Of a DNA stretch of 64,000 nt, positions 13,799-24,856 are shown in pieces. The notes beneath the pieces were generated by a model that was not told where the DNA came from, ran no database searches, and worked only from the letters and a program-made list of their open reading frames with translations. Source of the stretch: Octopus bimaculoides (taxonomy: Eukaryota); contig NC_068987.1 of the NCBI RefSeq assembly GCF_001194135.2, forward strand, positions 79,397,915 to 79,461,914, written 5' to 3'. The translations under genes and the position numbers were made by a program. Each line of letters starts with the position of its first letter. The stretch's first letter is position 1.

Positions 13799-14466
13799 TC
13801 GTGTGGTTCGTAAAAATACAATGTATTAAGACACATTTTTTAAAAATAACAAACAAACATGGTATATGCCACCCACAAAGGAGTGCAAAGTGTGAACTAC
13901 CTAGAGTTAATTAGAATAATCGTCGACTGAAAATCTTTTCTACCCTGTTCACTTTTTTGAACTGGGTTTTCCAAACTTGCTAGCTAATGAGTAGCTTTTT
14001 GTCTTATTCTAACACCGTAATCGCTCACATTTACTGAGTTACTGAGTTGAATTTCTTCGGCTTTCCTTAGAACCAGCGCTGGATTAGCCATTAAGCAAAA
14101 TAAGCACGAGCATTGGACACCGAGGGAAAGTGGGGGGGGGGGCATTGCAGAAATGATAAATGATTTACGGCACAAAAGAAATCACTTTAGAATTGCTGAA
14201 AGGATATTCGAAGTGGTTTATATGATTGGAAATATAATTTGAAAAGTTCATGATGCCATAGTAAGGGTCTGATCAATGACTTTGCAGTTAAAAAAACGTA
14301 AGAGAAAACTTTCCAAATATAAATAAAGTGGAAGTATACAGAAATAAACTCCATTTTCCATTTTACTGTTAGTTTTGTTTCATTTTGAAAAATAAACTTA
14401 TTTTATGGTTTATTATTGTTTATATTTAGAAATTACACATATGTAGGACACCAAAATCTTTTAAGT

Positions 14467-14500
14467 GCTTAGGGCCTCTGTGGGTATTAATCCGGTCCTG
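14467..14500 (-). mobile_element. Possible DNA-transposon terminus (hAT-like TIR CAGGACCGGATTA)
   Basis: GCTTAGGGCCTCTGTGGGTATTAATCCGGTCCTG resembles common hAT MITE ends. No partner end was found. Confidence 0.3.
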
Positions 14501-14594
14501 CTTAAAACAATAGGTTGTTGGTATTGCCAGGAATGATCAAATGTGAAGAGACTCCTTGTCTTCCACATTATTGTTTTTCTTTAATTTATTTTAT

Positions 14595-14655
14595 TCTCTT
14601 ATTCTTATATTTGATTCAGTCATTTGGCTGCGGCAATGCTGGAGCACCGCCTTTG
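14595..14655 (-). mobile_element. SINE family A 3' tail fragment
   Basis: TCAGTCATTTGGCTGCGGCAATGCTGGAGCACCGCCTTT is the reverse complement of the family A tail. Confidence 0.7.
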
Positions 14656-15178
14656 TTTTTCTCTCCTTGCAATATATCTATCAGGTCATATATTACTAAA
14701 GGTTGTCTCAAACATTTGGTTTCTGACAAATTCATGTACTTCAGGATAGAAGGTGTTTTGAGTCTGGGATCGTTTTCTTTGATTTTTCTCTTTATTTATC
14801 TCTATCAACTCCCCTGCATTTGTCCAGTTTCCTTCTTATTCTTATCGAAAAAGTTGGGAAGAACAGTGGTGGGGAGACTTTGGCCGGTCGTGTGATTGAA
14901 ATGGAGATTCCTTGTTGTTTAGGGGCCTTAACTCGTCGGTCTCAATGACTGACGTCACCGAAAATAAAGTGGCAATTTTTACCTCTGCCCTGATTATCCA
15001 TGTTTTCAGGAAATTGTGGCAGCAAGATCCACATCCATGGTTTTCTTCTGAGACACTGCTGTTATTACTGCCGTTGATGTTGTCTGCTACAATAGTGATT
15101 TTTATCTTTTTTTCCAATTCTGAATAAAAGGCCCTCAAGTAATTCTCTCTGTCTGTCTTACTGTCTGTCTCGCCCTCA

Positions 15179-15212
<34 letters not shown>

Positions 15213-15253
15213 AACACACACACATTCATGCATATATGTGAGTGTCCCTGTGC

Positions 15254-15287
<34 letters not shown>

Positions 15288-15372
15288 TTGAAAAACCTAG
15301 CCGAATGATTGATTGACCGAACGATCGGTTAAGCAGCCGATTAGTTAATTGGTTAAATAGTTAAGTAGCTCG

Positions 15373-15465
<93 letters not shown>
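15373..15465. repeat. (AAT)n microsatellite
   Basis: Seen directly. Confidence 0.97.
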
Positions 15466-16211
15466 GTATGACATGAGATACAACTGATACGTGTGTTTAT
15501 TATTGGGTATAATGACCCTCTCAATATAGAACGAAATTTTATAGATTGTTCCTTTAATACTCTACGTTTCTAGAAATAATTTTATTGGCATCAGTTTGAG
15601 TCACCAAATATATTTGACGTTTAATTAATGTATTAGATTTGTGATAGTTTCCTTCTTTGTCGTTTCTCATCTCCGAATTTCATGAAAAGCGTTCAATAAA
15701 CAATGAATTCTTTATTTGTTATGAGACCAGACATTTTACTTATTTTATTTTATCGAAACGTCTACCATTTTATTTCAATGAAACACGAAATAAACTCCTT
15801 GTTTTTTTTATTTTTATTTAATAGGTTATCTTTTAGTAAACTGATACCATACAACTTTCTGTTATTTGGTATTATTAGTAGTTATTTCACTTCATTTACG
15901 GTATTATAGTTCATGGCAAAACTATACGTCTTCGCATCTTCACTTCAGAAATATTATCGCATTTAGATCAATTGAAAATATTACCCGTAAATGGTTGGTA
16001 TTTTTTAATGCAAGACAAAGAAATTTGCTCTGAAATGACGTCTTCTTTCTTGGACTGAATAGATAATCTATTTTTATATTTAGGATTATAAAGCAACCGT
16101 TATCTTGCACTAGTACACTGCAGGAAGGCATTTTATCAGCTACACCAAAACCATTTTTTATACACTATTTCACTCTTCTAATTCTAAGCTGTTCAGCTTC
16201 TTCACCCTAAT

Positions 16212-16242
<31 letters not shown>

Positions 16243-16706
16243 NNNNNNNNNNNNNNNNNNNNNNNNNNNNNNNNNNNNNNNNNNNNNNNNNNNNNNNNNN
16301 NNNNNNNNNNNNNNNNNNNNNNNNNNNNNNNNNNNNNNNNNNNNNNNNNNNNNNNNNNNNNNNNNNNNNNNNNNNNNNNNNNNNNNNNNNNNNNNNNNNN
16401 NNNNNNNNNNNNNNNNNNNNNNNNNNNNNNNNNNNNNNNNNNNNNNNNNNNNNNNNNNNNNNNNNNNNNNNNNNNNNNNNNNNNNNNNNNNNNNNNNNNN
16501 NNNNNNNNNNNNNNNNNNNNNNNNNNNNNNNNNNNNNNNNNNNNNNNNNNNNNNNNNNNNNNNNNNNNNNNNNNNNNNNNNNNNNNNNNNNNNNNNNNNN
16601 NNNNNNNNNNNNNNNNNNNNNNNNNNNNNNNNNNNNNNNNNNNNNNNNNNNNNNNNNNNNNNNNNNNNNNNNNNNNNNNNNNNNNNNNNNNNNNNNNNNN
16701 NNNNNN

Positions 16707-16743
<37 letters not shown>

Positions 16744-17549
16744 GTATGTATGAATGTATATGCATGTATGTATACACGCGCATACAGACACACATATGCA
16801 TAATGTCTGTAATGTCTGTGTATAGCTATGTGTTTATGTGTGTATAAAACATCCGATTCTAAAATATTGGAGTTGTTGTTAGAAAGTCTCCCACTAAGCG
16901 TTTGTATTTTGAGCATTATGTTTGAGGGAAAAAGTACGTCTCAGAAGTGTTCTGTATCCTAAATAGAAATACGGTGTCATGCAGCTAAAATGATGAGCTG
17001 AAAAAATTCATCTATTACGTGAGATTTTATATGTAATTAATAGAAAAATTAACCCTGTATTTTGTATCATATATCTAAAAACCAAACAGCAAGGGAGATA
17101 ATTCTAATTAGACCATTAGTTTAAGTCAATGATTGTAACGAAGATAATGGTAAAATAATGTGGTTGATATTAATGAAGGTCGTGATGATTAAAGCTATTT
17201 TTCTTTCACATTTGCCTGCATTGCACCCAACCCTCAGCAGGCTTCTTAACACCAGTCTTTATATATACGTATATACACTCAAGCGTACATACACGTGCAT
17301 GTGTATATATGTGTATATATGCACATATATATATACATATATATGTTGTGTCTGTGTGAATGTATGCACATATATATCATCTCAACGATTATTTCAAGTC
17401 GAATGTTGTTACTGTTTTACAATTTTGTTAATTATTACCAACATAACCGCCCAACAACGCCCTTTTTATTAAACCTCCCACCATTAATTCCTTCAGATTA
17501 ATCATACCATTCTTTTCTATATTTTTGGTCGCTCACTGGCAAAATCCAG

Positions 17550-17603
17550 TGGAAGATTCCGGAAACTACATTACTGGGGAACACAACACAGTAATACGTA
17601 AAG
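17550..17603 (+). CDS. TFAP2: AP-2 transcription factor, short linker exon (equivalent of vertebrate exon 3), 54 nt, phase 1/1
   Basis: Frame reads (V)EDSGNYITGEHNTVIRK-G, resembling vertebrate HVEDPGINIPDQTVIKK-G. Donor AAG|GTGAGT at 17604. The first AG after a pyrimidine tract (17510-17526) is CAG at 17547-17549. Phase 1 end joins in frame to the exon at 46407. The 5' boundary is less certain than the 3' boundary. Confidence 0.8.
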
Positions 17604-17676
17604 GTGAGTATAATATAATACCTATCATAATCTTCATGAATCTACCTTTTACTTACCTTCTCTATCTCTCTTAAGC

Positions 17677-18045
17677 CTCCTCCTCCTCTTCCTCCCCTCC
17701 CCTCCTCCCCTCTCCTCTTCCTCCTCCTCCCCTTCCTCCTCTTCCTCCTCCTCCNNNNNNNNNNNNNNNNNNNNNNNNNNNNNNNNNNNNNNNNNNNNNN
17801 NNNNNNNNNNNNNNNNNNNNNNNNNNNNNNNNNNNNNNNNNNNNNNNNNNNNNNNNNNNNNNNNNNNNNNNNNNNNNNNNNNNNNNNNNNNNNNNNNNNN
17901 NNNNNNNNNNNNNNNNNNNNNNNNNNNNNNNNNNNNNNNNNNNNNNNNNNNNNNNNNNNNNNNNNNNNNNNNNCCTCGTCCTCCTCGTCCTCCTCCTCCT
18001 CGTCCTCCTCCCCTTCTCTACCCCCTCCTCCTCCTCCTCCTTCTT
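17677..18045. repeat. (CCT)n-rich tract with an internal gap, about 70 nt downstream of the AP-2 linker exon
   Basis: Seen directly on both sides of the gap 17755-17973. Confidence 0.9.
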
Positions 18046-18219
18046 TTTTCTTTCTATTCGGTCTTCATCATACTATAATAATAATAATAGTAATAATGAT
18101 AATAATAACAATAACAATAATGATAATGATAATAATTATAGCAGTAGTAATAGTAGTAACAATAATAATAGTAGTAGTAATAGTAGTAACAATAATAATA
18201 GTAGTAGCAGTAATAAATA

Positions 18220-18280
<61 letters not shown>

Positions 18281-18507
18281 CGATATGTTTTCTTAGTTAA
18301 TAAGAAGTAGTTAAGTCTTGATACGCATGTACATGAAGATGCACACACATACACTCACAGACAAACAAGCACATGCACAAGCGCACACAGAAAGACACAC
18401 CCAACCGCATCAAGATCTCAGTTAAAATCTGATGGCGAGCTCTGTGGGATAAACTACTCGATTCATATTACAAAGATGAATTTATTTTTGCTTAAAAAAT
18501 ATCTCTA

Positions 18508-18554
<47 letters not shown>

Positions 18555-19513
18555 GACATATACATATGTAAGTGCACATGCAAATGTGTATAATTACACA
18601 GACACATGTATATGTATCTATATATGTATACATCTATGTATGNNNNNNNNNNNNNNNNNNNNNNNNNNNNNNNNNNNNNNNNNNNNNNNNNNNNNNNNNN
18701 NNNNNNNNNNNNNNNNNNNNNNNNNNNNNNNNNNNNNNNNNNNNNNNNNNNNNNNNNNNNNNNNNNNNNNNNNNNNNNNNNNNNNNNNNNNNNNNNNNNN
18801 NNNNNNNNNNNNNNNNNNNNNNNNNNNNNNNNNNNNNNNNNNNNNNNNNNNNNNNNNNNNNNNNNNNNNNNNNNNNNNNNNNNNNNNNNNNNNNNNNNNN
18901 NNNNNNNNNNNNNNNNNNNNNNNNNNNNNNNNNNNNNNNNNNNNNNNNNNNNNNNNNNNNNNNNNNNNNNNNNNNNNNNNNNNNNNNNNNNNNNNNNNNN
19001 NNNNNNNNNNNNNNNNNNNNNNNNNNNNNNNNNNNNNNNNNNNNNNNNNNNNNNNNNNNNNNNNNNNNNNNNNNNNNNNNNNNNNNNNNNNNNNNNNNNN
19101 NNNNNNNNNNNNNNNNNNNNNNNNNNNNNNNNNNNNNNNNNNNNNNNNNNNNNNNNNNNNNNNNNNNNNNNNNNNNNNNNNNNTATATATATATAATGAC
19201 TGTAGAACGAGATTCAATAGATATGTTTTTTATAATATACAATTAATAAATACATATATCTGTGTTTTTTCAAAGGATTATTGTTTTTAGAAATCTAAAA
19301 TCAATTATGTTTTTGTTAATAATTACTCCACTGAAATTAATCGATATCTTATGTCCAGATTGATAAATAATATTTAGATTTACTTAAATTTTCTAAACAT
19401 CTTATTTGAATTCACTTCCTTTATCTCTCTCCTAACCCTGTCTACACTTTTTCCTCTTCTTCGACTTCTCTCTGATTTCTTTTCCTTCATATTATTATTG
19501 TTATTATTATTTT

Positions 19514-19567
19514 ATGTTTGACTTTTGTTTTGCATTTGTACAAGTTGGATCCAAGTCTCACCCAGAG
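19514..19567 (-). mobile_element. 54-bp 3' end of an R4/Dong-like non-LTR retrotransposon embedded in an (ATT)n array
   Basis: Unique insert between (ATT)n tracts. Minus strand CTCTGGGTGAGACTTGGATCCAACTTGTACAAATGCAAAACAAAAGTCAAACAT(AAT)n shares TCTCTGGGTGA with the 3' end of the 24480-24716 element. Confidence 0.6.
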
Positions 19568-19642
<75 letters not shown>

Positions 19643-19909
19643 GTTATTATTGTTGTTATTATTATTATTAATATTATTATTACTACTACTTATTTGTATG
19701 GTTGTGGTGTAAATATATTCAGTTGAGCTATGGTTATATATCATTTAGCATTTAGATAAATTTCCTTCATTTTGTGAGTTTAAATTTCACTGAGGTGTAC
19801 ATGCAGTTCATCCGTCTATGAATGATGAACGTTACACAGTTTATTTGACTGTCCTCTAACCTACATCATCACAGATATGAGGACAAGAACCATTGTCAGT
19901 AACTATGAG

Positions 19910-20100
19910 TGGATGGGGAGAGTCATTAGATCGTAGGCTTTGGTGTGTTTATTTACGGCTTTTTACGCACTGAGTTCAAAATCCGCTCAAGTGAACTCTA
20001 ACTTTTGTCCTTCCTATGTTCGAGAAATAATATTCCTGTGAAGTCCCAGACTTAGTTTTATCAACTGACTTCTACAAAATTTGTGGCATTCAGCTTAATA
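19910..20100 (+). mobile_element. Degraded SINE family B
   Basis: GAGTTCAAAATCCGCTCAAGTGAACTCTAACTTTTGTCCTTCC...AAAATTTGTGGCATT is colinear with the family B copies. Confidence 0.55.
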
Positions 20101-20109
20101 ATAGAATTC

Positions 20110-20298
20110 AGTATTGCTTTCAAAGCTTGACACAAGGCTAGCAATTTTGGGAGATTGTAAGTCGAAAACGTCGATCCCAGGGTTCAACTGCTACGTGTTT
20201 TATCGACCCTGAAAGGATAAAAGGCAAATTCAACCCCGACAGCATTTGAGCTCAGAACGCAAAATTGGAAGAAATTCCGCTAGGCATTTTCTGCCGCC
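20110..20298 (-). mobile_element. SINE family B, minus strand
   Basis: Reverse complement gives GGCGGCAGAAAATGCCTAGCGG...TTCTGAGCTCAAATGC...CCTTTCAGGGTCGATAAAA...GCTAGCCTTGTGTCAA. Confidence 0.75.
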
Positions 20299-20330
20299 TT
20301 AATAGAAGACAATATTCTGAATAGTTGTAA

Positions 20331-20540
20331 GGAGGTGAGCCAGCAGATTCATTAGCACATCGGGAAAAATGCTTAGAGGCATTTCATCTTTCACGTTGTG
20401 AGTTCAATTTCTTTTGTGGTCCAGTTTGCCCTTCATCCTTTCGAGGTCGAAGAAATAAGTACCAGTTGTACACTAGGGTCAATGTAATCGAATAGTCCCT
20501 CCCCTAAAGATTGTTGGCGTTGTGTTAAAATTTGAAACTA
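20331..20540 (+). mobile_element. SINE family B
   Basis: GGAGGTGAGCCAGCAGATTCATTAGCAC...CCCTTCATCCTTTCGAGGTCGAAGAAATAAGTACCAGTTG. Confidence 0.8.
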
Positions 20541-20559
20541 ATATTCTACGTAGAAGTAA

Positions 20560-20720
20560 AGTGGCTGTCAGATTCGTTAGGGTGTCGGACAAAAAGTCTT
20601 GCTGTAGTTATGTACAGCATCTTGAATTTTGAGTTAAATTTCTATCTGCTCACATTTTTTTTTCTCTGGGGTCAATATGATAAATTTTCTCCCAAATTTG
20701 GGTGATGTTTTATTCGACTT
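20560..20720 (+). mobile_element. Highly degraded SINE family B
   Basis: GGCTGTCAGATTCGTTAGGGTGTCGGACAAA...TTTTGAGTTAAATT...GGGGTCAATA. Confidence 0.45.
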
Positions 20721-23151
20721 TATCCTGCTCATCAAATTCATGACTTTGTCTAATAGCTACTCATAATAGCTATAATTTTCAACAAACATAATTGTATTTA
20801 AACCACTATTTGTAATGAAATTTAAGAGATGCTTTGGATAGTATAAACAAGATACTAAATGCTTTGTAGTATTTAGGTTCATGTTTTTTGATCCAGTGTT
20901 TGTTATATTCTGACAGGAACATCTTTGTCTTCTTCAGGAGACAGGAAAATATTTACCATATTTATCTGCATATTTCTGCACATAGTTCCTTTGTATATAG
21001 TCTCTAAAAGGATCAGTCTTCCTTATAATAGAGAATACTTAGCGTTGAAGTAGTTAAAATAATGGTCGTCTAAACATGTATATAATAAGAGAATATAGGC
21101 TTTAGGTCTAGTCATTGAGATTTCAATGAATCTCCTTACAGATGCTGTTGGCATTCCTGAGCCAATGTACTAAAAAAGTACAAATGCCATCACTTAGATT
21201 CTGTGCACCATATTGTATCATATTCGACTATGGTAAATGTAAGTGGCAAGGCGTCTGGAATGAAGATCAGATTTGTCTAGGATGATGGTGAAAACATTTA
21301 ATGATGATATGTACTTGGTATTTTCACCATGTGGCGAGAGTAAATAATGAAAAATAGGTTCTATTAAGACTTTGCCTTCTATTGCGTCTATATTAAATAC
21401 GCATTTTACATAAATGACTTGCTCTTGGGTGGAAAATATATGTACTCCCTTATCATTATTCATTAATTACTCGACTGAATTTGCAATTCTTCCCGGGGGT
21501 GATTTGGTCTTTCATTCCTCTGGAATTTGATTAAATGAGTACCAGTAATATACCAAGGTAAGTTTAAGTCACCATCTCCCCAGAAAAGGAGTAACGTAAC
21601 GATGTTAAAAATTATAGTACATTTTAATTAATCAGGGCATTTTATTACGAAGAAGTTGTTTTTCATTACATATATACATTCTTTTACATCGCTTACATTT
21701 AAATATATATATATATATGCAAATATGTATTTGTATGGATGTGTATGTGTGGTAATTTGAGGCACTTGAGTCTTATTAGATACAAATTAATTCGTTTAAT
21801 CAAGGTATTTGTCAACTAGAATGCTCTGCAACTAATTAGATATTAGTTGGGGCCTATTAGAAATGATAAAAAAAATAATAATAATGGAAACAATAAATCT
21901 TGAATATACAAATATAAAGAAAATATGTATATATGTACCATACTGCTCTCTGTAAGGTACATATACCAATATTCTGAAATGCCGTAACTACAGTGCTTGT
22001 ATCCCATTTAAATCTATATCATTTTCTGATATAAATTTGTATTTTCTGATTTAAACTAATAGAGAAATCTCAAACGTTATATTATGAATATGTGAGAAAC
22101 TAATATTATTAAAATTATTATTATTACTATATATTATTATACTAATTATCATTATGATTATTCTTATTAATATTATTATTATCTTCATTATTAAAATTAT
22201 TATTATTCCATATATATATATATCTTACTCTAGTGAAGAGGTGCTTAAAAGTAGCTTTATATCTCTGTTGGAACCATCTCTTCTATTTTTCTAATGGTCT
22301 TGGCAGAGTTATACACTTCACAACTTCCTATTTTCTTCCTCCAGATATATATTCTGAGGTTCCATGGCTATGTAAGTAATCACTATTAACACTCTTACGT
22401 GTAATAGTTATTTAATTTTTCGATAGGGAAACGAATGCACCCTATTCACTTGCCTTCAGCATATTACTGGTACTTAAATTTATGGTCAGAGTGAAAGGAA
22501 AAATTCGTTCGATGTCAGTAGAATTTTAATAATACATTTTATTTAACTTCATTTTTACGTAGTTGATATGCTTATTGTATTAATTATACTGCATACACTT
22601 TGTAATATTCAGAGAAAGGATACTTATTACTGTATTGAATAATAAATCGACTGATATATGTTGAGCCCAGATTTGCATCAAACATTGATTAGACCTATTG
22701 AATTTAGGGCCTGAAGTTATTAAGTCGTATGATATTCAGGTCTTTCCTAAGACCATCAGCAATGTGAGTAAATTTATTACTCCTGCATATCGAATATAAA
22801 CAAATCGCCAGGAAGTTCTTATGATATAGCTCTAGCTATTTCTTATTATATATAAATTCTATTATATACATTGCCATCTCTGAGCAACAGAGTGAAATCG
22901 AGATCCATATTTAATGTATGGAATTAGTATTATAGACAGACATGTTATATACAGTTTGTGTATTTCTGATATTACTCACAAAACAGTGTACACATTGCTT
23001 AATATGCAACGTTATCCTGCAGTATTCATAATTTGATATTTTATCTAAACGGTATACCATCATATATCTGAAACATTTATTTCTATGTATATGTGTGTAT
23101 ATATAAATATATATGTATATGAGTGTGTGAGTATGTGTGATGTATTACCTA

Positions 23152-23211
<60 letters not shown>

Positions 23212-23245
23212 CATCATCTTCATCATTATTATTATTACATTTTAA

Positions 23246-23465
23246 GGCGGTGATGCGGCGCAGTTGTTAGGGCGTCGGGAAAATTCCTTGCAGTATTTCA
23301 ACCGATACCTCACGTTCTGAGTTCAATTCCCGCCGGTTGGTTTTAACTTCGGTTTCCTTATTCCAGAGCGAATTTAAAGTACCAATGCATTCTTGGATTC
23401 GATGGAATCGACTAACCTTCAACCTCACCTCTCAAACTGCTGGCCATATTCCTAAATTAGGAACA
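23246..23465 (+). mobile_element. SINE family B, diverged
   Basis: GGCGGTGATGCGGCGCAGTTGTTAGGGCGTCGGGAAAA...GTTCTGAGTTCAATTCCCGCC...GATGGAATCGACT. Confidence 0.7.
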
Positions 23466-24374
23466 GTCATCATTATCGCATTTTTTCTTCCAATATCACA
23501 CAAAAGTCTGTTAGTTATCATTTATATAATATTGTGTGGAAAGCAAAATTACTAATTACTGTTGAAATATAGGGCTAAAATTCCAAGAAAATGAGCGCAA
23601 AATTTGGAGGTGGCGTGACACATCTGACCCCTACCCCGTTGCAATATGTATTTTGGTTTAATACGGCATCTCTGTGTAGAAAGTTTCTCTTATAGAGAAA
23701 CCACAGTATCATACTTTTCAGTAACGTATATACGTTAAGTATGAGAGACAGGTGAAGTTATACATACATGCGTGCGCATATACGTATGTATGTATGTATG
23801 TATGTATATAATATACGTGTGAGTGAACAGACGAAAGAAAAGGGCAGTCAATACATTTAATGAGAGTTACATGTATTATTTCGTACAGTTTTATCCGGCT
23901 CCAAGCGACTTAATGTGGGGTTGGTTTGTTGGTTGATAAATAATTGTGAGTTTCTTCTTACACTTCATTTATGTATCCAAATGTTAGTTGGTTACCCCAA
24001 ATTAATATATAGGAAGAGTGAAGAACTACCCAGGGACTCTCTATACTTGAACCATTAACAGTAAAATCGGTACTGACATAGTTTATGTGACCAGTCAAAA
24101 TTATTTTTAAATTAAGTAAATTAACAATCTTTAGTAATCATGTGAACAATCTTTTTACTATTAGTGGCTCAGATTAGAAAAAAGGGCAAGGGAGACAACT
24201 TCAGAATATTAATTAATCAAAATTATCGTATCAAGTGGGAGGCTGAGAGATCTATTATTAGTACATGTCCTTTAAATACTGTATGTTGCGGTACGTTTTA
24301 TAAAAGGTGTATGTTTGTATGTGTTCTTTATGTATATTATATTTACCTGTAAATTGTCTTAATTGTACTGTTTC

Positions 24375-24443
<69 letters not shown>

Positions 24444-24479
24444 TAGTACTATTGTTGCTGTTGTTGTTATTGTTGATGT

Positions 24480-24715
24480 TGCTGAAGTGTTTTATGCGAA
24501 ATTTTCAACGTTTCACCCAGAGACTTAAAGTGACAGCAAGGTGGAGGTCTTACTATGGGTGATATTTATGTTGAACAACGATATGTTGTAGAAAAAGAAG
24601 TTCGAATTCTAAGAAATAAGATTCCGCTCAATTTATAATATTTTTAAGTTTGAAAGTTTTTAAGAGAATAAAATATTCTCAAGTTGACTGTTTTTCTTAG
24701 GATGTAGTCAGTACC

Positions 24716-24716
<1 letters not shown>
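24480..24716 (-). mobile_element. 5'-truncated R4/Dong-like non-LTR retrotransposon (ORF C-terminus plus 3' UTR) nested in (AAT)n
   Basis: Minus strand begins GGT ACT GAC TAC ATC CTA AGA AAA ACA (GTDYILRKT, like the R4 end motif GTAHILRKVL). It ends ...GTCTCTGGGTGAAACGTTG... followed by an (AAC/AAT)n tail. (ATT)n arrays flank it at 24377-24445 and from 24717. Confidence 0.65.
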
Positions 24717-24778
<62 letters not shown>

Positions 24779-24815
24779 CAATATTATTATTAATAATATT
24801 ATCATCATCATCATG

Positions 24816-24856
<41 letters not shown>

